A stretch of DNA of 64,000 nt from Pyrinomonadaceae bacterium (GCA_030841085.1 JAVEDP010000007.1:15129-79128), one strand, 5' to 3'; positions 8,454 to 18,015 are shown, counted from the stretch's first letter. A program made the numbers and translations. Notes: generated by a model from the letters alone, not told the origin.

Positions 8454-8828
8454 ATGCCGAGGATAATTTGGATTGGGCTGGCAGGCTTCGCCGGAACACT
8501 CTTGCGCTACTGGTTGTCGGGCGCGGTTGCAAAGCGCTACGGCGAAACTTTTCCTTATGGAACGCTTGCCGTGAATGCGCTTGGCTGCCTGCTGGCCGGT
8601 GCGCTGTTCTATTTGATGTACGACCGTTTTCTAACCAGCCCAACCGTACGGAGCATGGTCTTCATTGGGCTATTGGGTGGATTCACAACTTTTTCCTCGT
8701 ATGGCCTGCAAACGTTTACGCTGTTGCGCGATGGCGAAGTATTGCTCGCGCTGGTTAACATCGCAGCGTCGAATATTGCCGGCTTGTTTCTTGTTTGGGT
8801 GGGCTATCGGTTGGCGGGGTTAATTTAA
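8454..8828 (+). CDS. crcB: Fluoride ion channel CrcB/FluC
   Basis: About 124 aa with four TM helices and the GGFTTFS motif. I chose the ATG at 8454 (MPRIIWIGLAGFAGTLLRY). Confidence 0.9.
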   Translation: MPRIIWIGLAGFAGTLLRYWLSGAVAKRYGETFPYGTLAVNALGCLLAGALFYLMYDRFLTSPTVRSMVFIGLLGGFTTFSSYGLQTFTLLRDGEVLLALVNIAASNIAGLFLVWVGYRLAGLI

Positions 8829-9163
8829 TGAACATTCCGGAAGAAGGTTATCTGCTGCGCATCTTCGTGGGCGAAAGTGATCGCTGCGGACACCGTCCGC
8901 TTTATGAAGAGATCGTTTTGAAAGCTCGCGAAGCCGGACTGGCCGGCGCGACCGTGCTGCGTGGCGTGATGGGTTTCGGGCGCAACAGCATTCTGCACAC
9001 CGCAAAAATTCTGCGGCTATCCGAGGACTTGCCGATGGTGATTGAGATTGTTGACAGTCTCGAAAAAGTGAAAGCGTTTATGCCGCAACTCGATGAGATG
9101 ATTAAGGACGGTTTGGTGACGTTAGAAGAAGTGAAAGTGGTCCAGTACAAGCCATCCCGATAG
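8828..9163 (+). CDS. DUF190 (PII-like) protein, common crcB neighbour
   Basis: MNIPEEGYLLRIFVGESDR...LYEEIV..AREAGLAGATVLRG..GFG pattern. The start overlaps the crcB stop (TAATG). Confidence 0.8.
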   Translation: MNIPEEGYLLRIFVGESDRCGHRPLYEEIVLKAREAGLAGATVLRGVMGFGRNSILHTAKILRLSEDLPMVIEIVDSLEKVKAFMPQLDEMIKDGLVTLEEVKVVQYKPSR

Positions 9164-9180
9164 GAATTTTGTTAAGGCGA

Positions 9181-9831
9181 ATGTCTGACAACGATCCAAA
9201 ACCCTCAGCGCGGCAGTTTCAAGCGCATCCCTGGCATGGTCTGACGCCCGGCAATGACGCTCCGGAGATTGTCAATGCATACATCGAAATTGTCCCGACG
9301 GATGTGGTGAAGTATGAACTCGATAAGCAATCCGGACATCTGCACGTCGATCGCCCGCAAAGATTTTCGTCAATGTGCCCATCGCTCTACGGCTTTATCC
9401 CGCAGACTTTTTGCGGCGACGAAGTAGCGAGGCTTTCCGCCGAACGAACGGGAGCTTCCGACATTAAAGGCGACGGTGATCCGATGGACATTTGCGTGCT
9501 GACGGAGAAGACGTTTGCGCAAGGGAACTTCTTTTTGCGCGCCAAGCCGATCGGCGGACTGCGAATGATTGACGGCGAACAAGCCGACGACAAGATTATT
9601 TCCATCCTCGAGTCAGACCTGGCATACGGCCACATCCACGACATCAGCGAGTGTCCGAAAGCGCTGGTCGACCGGCTCAACCATTATTTTTTGAGTTACA
9701 AACAACTGCCCGGTGATGCGCCGCGAAGAGTAGAGATTGTTGATGTGTATGATCGTGAAGAGGCGCTCGACGTAATTCGTCGCAGTCTGATCGATTACAA
9801 GAGCAACTTTGCCGATTCTAATGTCCGATAA
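9181..9831 (+). CDS. ppa: Inorganic pyrophosphatase (family I)
   Basis: IEIVPTD..KYELDK and DGDPMD metal-binding motifs. I chose the ATG at 9181; the ORF track opens at TTG 9169. Confidence 0.88.
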   Translation: MSDNDPKPSARQFQAHPWHGLTPGNDAPEIVNAYIEIVPTDVVKYELDKQSGHLHVDRPQRFSSMCPSLYGFIPQTFCGDEVARLSAERTGASDIKGDGDPMDICVLTEKTFAQGNFFLRAKPIGGLRMIDGEQADDKIISILESDLAYGHIHDISECPKALVDRLNHYFLSYKQLPGDAPRRVEIVDVYDREEALDVIRRSLIDYKSNFADSNVR

Positions 9832-9878
9832 GCTTTAGCTTGTCGTAACGTCGCGACAAACTAAAAAGTTTATCGGAC
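9823..9878. repeat. Palindromic element, GTCCGATAAGCTT family (copy 1)
   Basis: Imperfect palindrome GTCCGATAAGCTTTAGCTTGTCG..CGACAAACTAAAAAGTTTATCGGAC that overlaps the ppa stop codon. The left half recurs at 14148-14193. Confidence 0.8.
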
Positions 9879-9893
9879 AGTTGCGCTGACCCA

Positions 9894-10118
9894 CTACCAC
9901 GAACCCGAAATCGTTTCCTCAATTCCACATCTCTTACATGTCAACGTCCGCCGCGACGAGTCCTTCCAACTCGCTAGTGGCAAACCCGGATTCGCTTTTC
10001 CATCTGAATGTGAGGGCGAGCGTGGCGTCTGGAGGATTTGGCGTTCGGCATCTTCGGCGCTGCAATGTTTGCAGAGCCAGCCGTAACCAAGGTTGAAGAA
10101 GTGGTTGGTTTGGTCCAC
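9894..10118 (-). CDS. Hypothetical small zinc-ribbon-like protein
   Basis: 74-aa ORF with a GTG start and two CxxC pairs (CKHC, CKRC). There is no other support. Confidence 0.3.
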   Translation of the reverse strand: MDQTNHFFNLGYGWLCKHCSAEDAERQILQTPRSPSHSDGKANPGLPLASWKDSSRRTLTCKRCGIEETISGSW

Positions 10119-10126
10119 CAGAAGAA

Positions 10127-10216
10127 GGGGGTTGGGTGTCGGGGGTTGGGTGTAGGTTGCGAACCTCAGTTTCGCGTCAACATTGTCCGCTAAACCCTAC
10201 ACCCAAACCCTGCACC
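10127..10216. repeat. Hairpin with GGGTTGGGTGT-repeat arms, downstream of htrA
   Basis: The left arm (10127-10158) is a 13-nt unit repeated twice. The right arm (10192-10216) is its complement (CCTACACCCAA core). Confidence 0.8.
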
Positions 10217-10220
10217 ATTC

Positions 10221-11375
10221 TTATTGCCGGCGCCGAGTGTCCGGCGTTTCTGTGAGACGCACCGGCACCGACATCCGGCGACCATTCCGTAAAATCTGCA
10301 CCTGGACCTGATCGCCGACGGCGTGCTTGTTGAGTATGCGATAAAGTTCGTCAGTGTTCGCAACCTTCTCGCTGTCAATGCCGACGATTACGTCGCCAAC
10401 TTCCACGTCGCCATTTTCTGTTTGCGTCAATCCCCGCAAACCAGCGTTTGCAGCAGGGCCGCCGGGCGCAATCTGCCAAATCAAAACCCCCTCGGAAACC
10501 GGCAACTCAACCTGGTTCTTTAACGTGTCAACGTCGCGCGTGGTGATGCCCAGCTTGGGACGGCGAATCTCACCGGAGCGCAGGAGTTCCGGAACAATGC
10601 GTTTTGCAATGTTCACCGGAACGGCAAAACCAACCCCCGCCGATGCGCCCGAAGGCGACAGGATCTGCGAGTTGATGCCGATCATGCGACCGTGCGAGTC
10701 AAATAATGGACCACCAGAGTTTCCCGGATTAATGGATGCATCGGTCTGAATTGCGCCTTCAATTGGCCGGTTGTTGCGCGCGCGTATCGGACGCTGCAGC
10801 CCGCTGATTACGCCGGTCGTCAGAGTTCGGTCCATCCCAAAGGGATTTCCAATGGCCAAAACTTTCTGGCCCACTTCGAGCTTATCTGAATCGCCCAAAG
10901 GGATAATGGTCAAAGGCTCCTTCGGCATCTCGATCAGTTTGATTACAGCCAGATCGGTATCCGGATCGCCGCCGACTACTTTCGCGGCGTAGTTTTTTTG
11001 TCCACCAAAACTGACCGCAAGTTTCTGCGCGCCCTCAATCACGTGATAGTTCGTGAGAATGTTCCCGTCCTGATCGATGACCGAGCCTGAGCCCGAACCC
11101 TCCTGAGGTTCGACGAAGCCGAAGAAATCGCGGGCGTAGGAAGTTGAGTGAACGTTGACGACACCCGGCGACAAGGTGCGATAGATCTCGATGCTGTTTT
11201 GTTCGTCAGTGGCGGTTGCCGGATCGGTAATGCTGCTGGGCGCACTTTCGGAGTATGCCGCGTGGGCCGGCTGCAACCGATTTGAGACCCGGTCAACGAC
11301 CGCAATCGCGCCGGCTGCAAACAGTCCCGAAATCAAAGCAATCACCAGGATTTGACGTGCTGAAAGTCTATACAT
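10221..11375 (-). CDS. htrA: HtrA/DegP-family serine protease with PDZ domain
   Basis: N-terminal TM anchor, trypsin-like His/Asp/Ser motifs (NYHVI, DLAVIK, GNSGGPL) and a C-terminal PDZ domain. Confidence 0.92.
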   Translation of the reverse strand: MYRLSARQILVIALISGLFAAGAIAVVDRVSNRLQPAHAAYSESAPSSITDPATATDEQNSIEIYRTLSPGVVNVHSTSYARDFFGFVEPQEGSGSGSVIDQDGNILTNYHVIEGAQKLAVSFGGQKNYAAKVVGGDPDTDLAVIKLIEMPKEPLTIIPLGDSDKLEVGQKVLAIGNPFGMDRTLTTGVISGLQRPIRARNNRPIEGAIQTDASINPGNSGGPLFDSHGRMIGINSQILSPSGASAGVGFAVPVNIAKRIVPELLRSGEIRRPKLGITTRDVDTLKNQVELPVSEGVLIWQIAPGGPAANAGLRGLTQTENGDVEVGDVIVGIDSEKVANTDELYRILNKHAVGDQVQVQILRNGRRMSVPVRLTETPDTRRRQ

Positions 11376-11652
11376 GGCTAAATTTCCTCTTACTTATTAA
11401 GTTGTTCCGCTGGTTATGAATCGTGTTAGTTCGATGCTAAAGCGATGCTGGCAGGTTGCGCGATTACACTTGCGCGTTGTTTGAACTCTGCCGCTAACGA
11501 CAAATCTAGGCCTATCTCAGAACGTATGCAAGCCCGCAGAAACCCGAATAGCTGCTTTCAGAGACAAGCATTCTTCAAACGTTTCGAAAGAGTTTGCGTT
11601 CCCTTTTTATTGGCGAAATTGCGCAGGTAGAAGCGCGCTTGGGAGGGGTGAA

Positions 11653-12021
11653 CTAAGCAAACATGGACAGGAAAGTCCTGGGCAGGCCGGCGAAATATGT
11701 AATGACCGTAACCGGAGCATGCCAACCGAGAGCCGAAAAACCAGTAGCGACATGCACAAACATCAGCAGCAAGTAGATGCCGAGCACTAACTTCATTCCG
11801 CGGCGGGCAATGGGAATCTCGGCGCAACGATAGAGGGTGTAGGCGGCAAGGGCGCCGATGGCTAGCTTGACCGAAAGAAACGAACTTTCGCTGTGATTGA
11901 GCAGGTGGGCCATGAAGCCATTTCCTTCGGTGGCCACGTTCAGGCGCACCCAAAGAATGGTCAACTGGGCGTCGAGCCAGTTAAGGGAGAACAACAAAAT
12001 CGCTTTGGAAAGTGCGCCCAC
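11653..12021 (-). CDS. DUF5658-like small membrane protein
   Basis: 122 aa with four hydrophobic helices and an N-terminal LNWLDAQLTI motif typical of DUF5658. Confidence 0.6.
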   Translation of the reverse strand: MGALSKAILLFSLNWLDAQLTILWVRLNVATEGNGFMAHLLNHSESSFLSVKLAIGALAAYTLYRCAEIPIARRGMKLVLGIYLLLMFVHVATGFSALGWHAPVTVITYFAGLPRTFLSMFA

Positions 12022-12285
12022 TCTTGCTCCTCAGAGAAACGTTGTTAAACTCACCACTCCTTTTACGCCAGAACCTCCACAACCGAAATGGTTGGGAGGC
12101 TCTGTCGCATACGGGAGGAACGAGACTCGTACCGTGGTGCTAACAAGAAAGTTCCAATACGGTTTCTGTTCCCCAAAATAGTGCAGAACGCCACCTGCGA
12201 CAAAGCGAAAAAATTACCAGGATTACTTGAGACTCATTATATAAGGACGACGGGCGCAGAACACAACCAGCACCGCCATCAAACA

Positions 12286-13149
12286 ATGTCCACATCGATA
12301 GCACAGGCGATATTACAAGGCGCGAACACACTGCGGAAGGGCGGCGTGCCGGACGAAAGGCGCGAAGCTGGTTCGTTGTTGATGTACGTTCTGGAGCGCG
12401 ACCGTAGTTACATCCTGACGCATGCGGAAGCTGAACTGAGCGATGAACAGGTTGAAAAGTTTATCGCTGCCCTTAACGAACGTGCGCGCGGCAAGCCGTT
12501 GCAATACATCACCGGACGGCAGGAATTTTTTGGCCTCGAGTTTGAAGTTAACAGCGACGTATTGATCCCGCGGCCCGAAACCGAATTGTTGGTCGAAGCG
12601 GCATTGGCGCTCGTTTCGCAAAATGGAGCAGCGTTTATTTGCGATGTCGGTACAGGTTCCGGATGCGTCATCGTTACGTTATTGCACAAGCTGTCGCTCG
12701 CACGAGCAGTCGCCCTGGACATTTCACCGGCAGCGTTGGCCGTTGCCGAGCGCAACGCAACACGACATGGCGTTCACGATCGTCTTTCGTTCGTTACTTC
12801 TGATTGCTTTGCGGGTCTTGGACCAGTGCCTGGCCCAGGCTTCGATTTGATTGTTTCGAATCCGCCGTACGTCGCCGAACGCGCGGTTGATGGTCTACAA
12901 AGAGAAGTGCGCGACTTTGAGCCGCGCGCCGCGCTCGTCTCAGGCGAGGATGGTTTGACAGTTATCCGGCGGCTGTTACTCGAGAGCGGCAACTATCTGA
13001 AAAGTGGCGGCGTGCTCATCTTTGAAATGGGGTTTGACCAACACGATGCTGTGCGACAGCTCATCGATGAAAACTCCTGGAAACTGCTTGAGATCTACCA
13101 TGATCTTCAGGGCATTCCGCGCACCGTTGCCTTAGCCAAGCGTGATTAG
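12286..13149 (+). CDS. prmC: Release-factor glutamine N5-methyltransferase PrmC/HemK
   Basis: SAM-binding DVGTGSG and catalytic NPPY motifs. I chose the ATG at 12286; the upstream ORF extension lacks homology-like sequence. Confidence 0.9.
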   Translation: MSTSIAQAILQGANTLRKGGVPDERREAGSLLMYVLERDRSYILTHAEAELSDEQVEKFIAALNERARGKPLQYITGRQEFFGLEFEVNSDVLIPRPETELLVEAALALVSQNGAAFICDVGTGSGCVIVTLLHKLSLARAVALDISPAALAVAERNATRHGVHDRLSFVTSDCFAGLGPVPGPGFDLIVSNPPYVAERAVDGLQREVRDFEPRAALVSGEDGLTVIRRLLLESGNYLKSGGVLIFEMGFDQHDAVRQLIDENSWKLLEIYHDLQGIPRTVALAKRD

Positions 13150-13258
13150 CCAAGCCCTCCTCAATAAGTTGTCACAATTCTCGGAACCACGGTGTTTAGT
13201 CGTCAGAACCGCGCGAAGAACAAACTGGTAAAATTAATTAACCGTTAGGAGACTACCA

Positions 13259-14089
13259 ATGAATAAGTGGCTAAGACGCAGTGCGTTCATCGTAACGCTG
13301 ACAATTGTGACCGCGTTATCAGCATTTGCGAATAAGGAAGGCGATAACGACAAGGCAATGACCTGCCGCGACGATTGGCATAGCGATCGTTTATTAAGTC
13401 ATTGCGAGATGAAAGAACAAACGTTGCCGGCGGCCGGCGCAATTTCTGTCGATGGCCGCCAGAACGGTGGCGTTTCAATCAAGGGTTGGGAGCGCAACGA
13501 AATATTGGCCCGCGCCCGAATTCAAACGGCCGCGCCGACGCAGGCCGAAGCGGACGCACTCGCTCAGCAAATCACAATTCAAACCGCCGGCGCCAAGATT
13601 TTCGCCAATGGACCGGAAAATCGCAGCGACTATTACTGGAGTGTGAGTTACGAAGTCTTCGTTCCGCGACGTTCTGACCTTTCGCTAACAGCGCACAATG
13701 GCGGCATCTCAATCAGCGACGTGCAGGGCCGGCTTGAGTTCACCGCAGTTAATGGCGGCGTGGCGCTAAGGCGTGTGGGTGGCACAGTGCACGGAGGCAC
13801 GACCAATGGCGGGCTATCGATCGAATTGACGGGCGACCGCTGGGACGGCGAAGAGCTGGACGTGAAAACAACCAATGGCGGCATCAGCATGTCGGTGCCG
13901 GAAAATTATTCGGCGCATCTGGAGACCGGCACTGTGAACGGAAATTTAAGTATTGATTTTCCTGTCAGCGTGCAGGGGCGAATCACTCGCGAACTCGCAG
14001 TTAACCTCGGCTCGGGTGGTCCGACAATTCGCGCCATGACTACGAATGGCGGAGTGCGCGTGAAACGCGGCAGCGGCAACCGATACTGA
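13259..14089 (+). CDS. Secreted DUF4097-like beta-helical protein
   Basis: Signal peptide, then repeated NGG(I/V)S(I/L) strands (NGGVSI, NGGISI, NGGVAL, NGGLSI, NGGISM, NGNLSI). Confidence 0.75.
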   Translation: MNKWLRRSAFIVTLTIVTALSAFANKEGDNDKAMTCRDDWHSDRLLSHCEMKEQTLPAAGAISVDGRQNGGVSIKGWERNEILARARIQTAAPTQAEADALAQQITIQTAGAKIFANGPENRSDYYWSVSYEVFVPRRSDLSLTAHNGGISISDVQGRLEFTAVNGGVALRRVGGTVHGGTTNGGLSIELTGDRWDGEELDVKTTNGGISMSVPENYSAHLETGTVNGNLSIDFPVSVQGRITRELAVNLGSGGPTIRAMTTNGGVRVKRGSGNRY

Positions 14090-14112
14090 GTTCGGAATTT
14101 ACCTTAAACATG

Positions 14113-14147
14113 ACGCGGCGTTCTTAATTGAGCGCCGCGTTATTTTT
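14113..14147 (+). terminator. Rho-independent terminator
   Basis: Stem ACGCGGCG / CGCCGCGT with a 12-nt loop, followed by TATTTTT. Confidence 0.75.
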
Positions 14148-14193
14148 GTCCGATAAGCTTCAGCTTGTCGTAACGCGACGATAAAACTAAAGG
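14148..14193. repeat. GTCCGATAAGCTT family (copy 2, appears truncated or interrupted)
   Basis: GTCCGATAAGCTTCAGCTTGTCGTAACG... matches 9823-9850 closely. The closing TTATCGGAC-like end is missing here, but CGACAAGTTAATCGGAC occurs at 14497-14513. Confidence 0.6.
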
Positions 14194-14217
14194 AGGTTCT
14201 GAATAAATTAGTGAAAA

Positions 14218-14470
14218 CTTTGTACTAAGCCCGCGAAGCGCGGCGATAGCATAAAGCCTGGGGTGGAGCGGAGCGAAACCCCAGGATCGTTCAACAAAAA
14301 AGGAAGAGCCCACGAAGTGGGTGACGGTCGTTTAGGGACAGTAAATCGTAGGGTTTACGCTATCGCACGCTCCGCGCGCTTGGGGGCTTTTTACTATCGG
14401 TGTCCTGGGGTTCCGCTTCGCTACACCCCAGGCTTTACGCTGACGCCGCGCTTCGCGGGCTTAATACAAG
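14218..14470. mobile_element. MITE-like element with terminal inverted repeats of about 69 nt, no coding capacity
   Basis: The left end (14218-14286) and the reverse complement of the right end (14403-14470) align at roughly 85-90% by eye. Each end contains two mini-hairpins (CCGCG-AAG-CGCGG and CCTGGGG..CCCCAGG). I saw no target-site duplication. Confidence 0.5.
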
Positions 14471-14592
14471 TTGTTCATTGCCTGAATCAGATCTTCCGAC
14501 AAGTTAATCGGACACTTCCGATGATCTGATTCGCCACTAACTGCCGCTTACGTCCGCTTTAACGTTTCCTGGTTTTAATCTAATCTGTCGGA

Positions 14593-15915
14593 GTGGATAA
14601 ATTTCGGATCAGCGGCGGACGCGCGCTCCAGGGTCGTATCTCCATAAGCGGCGCCAAAAACTCGGCGCTGCCCTGCATGGCCGCTGCCTTGCTAAGTGCT
14701 GAAACGGTTACGCTGCACAATCTTCCTTACGTTCGCGACATCATCACGCAACGTCGCCTGCTTGAAGACCTCGGCGCAACTGTGCTCACGCCAGAACTCC
14801 GCACGCATAAGATAAGCGCAAACCACATAGAAATATTTGAAGCGCCTTATGAACTTGTAAGGACCATGCGCGCGTCGGTGCTGGCGCTTGGTCCATTACT
14901 GGCGCGGTTTGGTAAAGCCAAAGTTTCGTTGCCCGGTGGCTGCGCCATCGGCACGCGCCCGATTGATCTTCATTTGAAAGCGTTTGAGAAATTGGGCGCC
15001 GAAGTTCGGCTCGAAGCCGGCAACGTAATCGCGCGCGCCCCCAAGGCCGGACGTCTAATCGGCGCTGAGATTCATTTTGATAAGGTGACCGTAACCGGCA
15101 CCGAAAATTTGTTGATGGCAGCGACGCTGGCAAGCGGCACGACCGTAATGCACAACGCCGCCTGCGAACCTGAGATTAGCGATCTGGCGGATCTACTCAA
15201 CAAGATGGGCGCACGTATTAGCGGCGCCGGGACAAGCACTATAACGATCGAAGGCGTCGAAGCGCTTGGCCCAGCCGAACACACGATCATTCCGGATCGC
15301 ATTGAGACCGGCACCTTCATTGCCGCGGCCGCCATCACCCGCGGCGAACTGGAAATCAGGGATTGCCGCCCGGACCATCTGGCCGCCGTGATTGACAAGT
15401 TTCGCGAGGTCGGCGTTGAGATTGAGGAACTCAATCCCAGGACGTTGCGCGTTTCCGGCCGTAACGACCTGAGCGCCAAAGATGTAACCACGCAACCGTA
15501 TCCGAAGTTTCCTACCGACATGCAGGCCCAGTACATGGCGCTGATGACGCAGGCAACCGGCAGCGCGGTTATTGAAGAGACAATTTTTGAGAACCGCTTT
15601 ATGCATGGGTCGGAAATGCAGCGCATGGGCGCGAACATTTTTATTGACGGGCACAGCGCTACCGTCAGCGGCCCGACACCGTTAAACGGCGCGCCGTTGA
15701 TTGCTTCTGATTTGCGCGCTTCAGCGTCACTGGTGCTGGCTGGTCTGGTAGCAAAAGGCGAAACGATGATCGACCGCGTCTATCACATCGACCGGGGCTA
15801 TGAAAGAATTGAAGCGAAGCTGCGCGCAATAGGCGCGGACATCGAGCGCATTCGCGAGTCGGTGACGGCGCCGCTGTCGCTGGCGACGACGCCCGCATTG
15901 CCGGCTGAGGCGTAA
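14593..15915 (+). CDS. murA: UDP-N-acetylglucosamine 1-carboxyvinyltransferase
   Basis: GTG start. It has GAKNSALP and the catalytic-Cys loop LPGGCAIGTRPIDLH, and is colinear over its full length with the MurA fold repeats. Confidence 0.96.
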   Translation: MDKFRISGGRALQGRISISGAKNSALPCMAAALLSAETVTLHNLPYVRDIITQRRLLEDLGATVLTPELRTHKISANHIEIFEAPYELVRTMRASVLALGPLLARFGKAKVSLPGGCAIGTRPIDLHLKAFEKLGAEVRLEAGNVIARAPKAGRLIGAEIHFDKVTVTGTENLLMAATLASGTTVMHNAACEPEISDLADLLNKMGARISGAGTSTITIEGVEALGPAEHTIIPDRIETGTFIAAAAITRGELEIRDCRPDHLAAVIDKFREVGVEIEELNPRTLRVSGRNDLSAKDVTTQPYPKFPTDMQAQYMALMTQATGSAVIEETIFENRFMHGSEMQRMGANIFIDGHSATVSGPTPLNGAPLIASDLRASASLVLAGLVAKGETMIDRVYHIDRGYERIEAKLRAIGADIERIRESVTAPLSLATTPALPAEA

Positions 15916-15986
15916 TGCAAGCTTTTAATTTGATTTTGGATGTAACGCAAACTGTAAGTTCGCGCTTCTTGCTTCTGTTTTTGAGA

Positions 15987-16073
15987 TGTAAAGCAAACTG
16001 TTAGTTTGCGATGGCTCGTTGCCATCCAACTTAAATTCTCCGCAGCCACCGCAAACTGACAGTTTGCTTTACA
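15987..16073. repeat. Nested-palindrome element, TGTAAAGCAAACTGTTAGTTTGCG family (copy 1)
   Basis: The 24-nt arms (15987-16010 and 16050-16073) are complementary. Each arm is itself a 7-3-7 palindrome (GCAAACT-GTT-AGTTTGC). A degenerate extra half-site lies at 15941-15964. Confidence 0.9.
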
Positions 16074-16081
16074 AAAATATT

Positions 16082-16432
16082 ATGCCAGAACCAGACTGCC
16101 TATTCTGCCGCATCATTGCCCGGGAGATTCCCGCGGAGTTCGTAAAGGAAGATGATCGCGCGGTAGTTATCAGTGACCTCAATCCGCAGGCGCCAACCCA
16201 CCTTCTGGTTATTCCGCGCGCGCATCTCGACTCGCTTGATGACGCTTCACAAAAAGACGAGGCCCTGCTCGGCCATCTGTTACGTGTCGCCGCCCAGGTT
16301 GCCAACGCCGCCGGCCTTGATGAGAGCGGCTACCGCACAGTCATCAATACCGGCGCGGGCGCGGGCCAGTCAGTTTTTCATCTTCATGTCCACGTGCTTG
16401 GCGGACGGCCGTTGAACTGGCCACCGGGTTAA
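16082..16432 (+). CDS. HIT-family (histidine triad) nucleotide hydrolase
   Basis: CLFCRII N-terminal motif and the HLHVHVLGG histidine triad. I chose the ATG at 16082; the upstream ORF extension is translated repeat DNA. Confidence 0.9.
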   Translation: MPEPDCLFCRIIAREIPAEFVKEDDRAVVISDLNPQAPTHLLVIPRAHLDSLDDASQKDEALLGHLLRVAAQVANAAGLDESGYRTVINTGAGAGQSVFHLHVHVLGGRPLNWPPG

Positions 16433-16436
16433 CGCT

Positions 16437-16495
16437 GGTGGCACAGACTTTAGTCTGTGGCTGCCAGGGAATCACAGACTGAAGTCTGCTCCACC
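16437..16495. repeat. GGCACAGACTTTAGTCTGTGCC-family palindromic element (copy 1)
   Basis: Two CACAGACT-nn-AGTCTG mini-palindromes are enclosed by GGTGG/CCACC. Confidence 0.85.
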
Positions 16496-16670
16496 GATTA
16501 AGCCTCGCAACGTCTTTTAAAAATTTGCAACGCATTTTTCTGAACCTCTTTATTCGCGATGCGTGTAACGAAGCAAACGTTTGCGTCATCGAAGGCGCGC
16601 TGACGTTGGATTCTTCTGTCTTCCCACTCGACCTCAGTCGCGTATTCACGTAGTTAGGATCAGGAGGCTT

Positions 16671-17351
16671 ATGTTAAGGAAAACTTTTACGACAGCGTTG
16701 TTGACGGCAACATTGTTTGCTGCATCGGCAATTATCCAAGCCCAGTCTGGCGACCGGAAATTTGAGATTGGCGCGCAGGGTTCGCTGTTACGCGTGCCGG
16801 CGCGCACGTTCACGACCGTAGCCGCGACGATCAACTTCAATGAAGACCAGAAGAACGATTGGGGATTTGGCGGACGGTTCGGTTACAACTTTTCTCGCCA
16901 CATCGGAATTGAAGCGGAGGGTAACTTTTTCCCGCGCGATCGCGCTATCGATGGCGGGCGCAAGCTGCAGGGATTGTTCGGCGCGAAAATCGGCCAGCGG
17001 TTCGAGAAGGGTGGCTTGTTCCTCAAGGCGCGGCCCGGTTTCGTTCGCTTCAGTCGCGGCCAGTACCAATTTTCAACAGGAGGTTGTCCGACAGTTTTCC
17101 CGCCGCCGATTGGTTGTTTTCAACCGCGAGCAACGACCAATCTTGCTTTCGACATTGGGGCCGTTGGCGAAGTTTATCCCAGCAAGAACACAATCATCCG
17201 CTTCGATGCCGGCGATACGATGATTCGCTTCAGCAGTCAACGACAAGTGGTCGCAGTCGATCCCGCTACTGGCGGTTTGGTGGTCTTACCAGCAGCGGCA
17301 GCCACGAAACATAACCTTCAGACGAGCTTTGGTTTTGGATATCGGTTCTAA
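16671..17351 (+). CDS. Outer-membrane beta-barrel protein
   Basis: AGGAGG Shine-Dalgarno before the ATG at 16671, a signal peptide ending AQS, alternating-hydrophobic beta-strand pattern and a C-terminal GFGYRF. Confidence 0.8.
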   Translation: MLRKTFTTALLTATLFAASAIIQAQSGDRKFEIGAQGSLLRVPARTFTTVAATINFNEDQKNDWGFGGRFGYNFSRHIGIEAEGNFFPRDRAIDGGRKLQGLFGAKIGQRFEKGGLFLKARPGFVRFSRGQYQFSTGGCPTVFPPPIGCFQPRATTNLAFDIGAVGEVYPSKNTIIRFDAGDTMIRFSSQRQVVAVDPATGGLVVLPAAAATKHNLQTSFGFGYRF

Positions 17352-17395
17352 CTGAAGTTATCGATACGCCGAAACGTCTTGGGAACGTCGTAATT

Positions 17396-17746
17396 TTAGT
17401 TACCAAGGATGATCCTCAATGCATCCTCGACGGCGGAAAGATCCGCTGAACCAAGCCGGCCTAATCTTCGGATGACTAAAGACTTCTCGATGGTGGCGAG
17501 AATTGGCTTGCTCGTGGAAGCCTTAAGTAAACCCGCAGCCTTCCAGTCAGTGACAACGACTTCGCCCAGTCGGTAGTAACCGGACAACTGGCTGGTTACC
17601 GCCATCACAATTAGATCCGGTCTCCCGTTATTGTATTGATTGGAGCTAACTACAACGGCGGGGCGTTTCTTGGCCGCAGTTTGATCGGTGAAGGGGAATG
17701 GAACAAGGACAACGTCACCGAATTTATAGTTTGTCGTATTCGGCAT
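17396..17746 (-). CDS. MazF/PemK-family type II toxin
   Basis: YKFGDVVLVPFPFTD....KKRPAVVVS motif typical of PemK/MazF. I chose the ATG at 17746, which overlaps the end of the upstream antitoxin gene. Confidence 0.8.
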   Translation of the reverse strand: MPNTTNYKFGDVVLVPFPFTDQTAAKKRPAVVVSSNQYNNGRPDLIVMAVTSQLSGYYRLGEVVVTDWKAAGLLKASTSKPILATIEKSLVIRRLGRLGSADLSAVEDALRIILGN

Positions 17747-17915
17747 CCTCTGAATTGTTCCAAACCGCCGCAAACGCCGGCTCTGATACCTTCGCGGCCG
17801 CTTCAACCAAAAGCCGATCGTCGCGATGTGCGAGGAAATCTATGAAATCGACGACTTCTGCGATCTTATCCGGCGGCAGTGCTTTTATCTTTTCGATTAG
17901 CTCTTTGTCTTGCAT
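17724..17915 (-). CDS. Cognate antitoxin (DUF2281-like)
   Basis: A 63-aa acidic protein (MQDKELIEKIKALPPDKIAEVVDFIDFL...) immediately upstream of and overlapping the toxin gene. Confidence 0.65.
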   Translation of the reverse strand: MQDKELIEKIKALPPDKIAEVVDFIDFLAHRDDRLLVEAAAKVSEPAFAAVWNNSEDAEYDKL

Positions 17916-18015
17916 GGTGTTTGAATCAATCTTATTACTGAAGAACAGCAACGCCAAATAGATTACCGGTCGGCTTCTGCCTTGGGCAGCGTCCTGATGC
18001 TACTTATGGTTCGGC

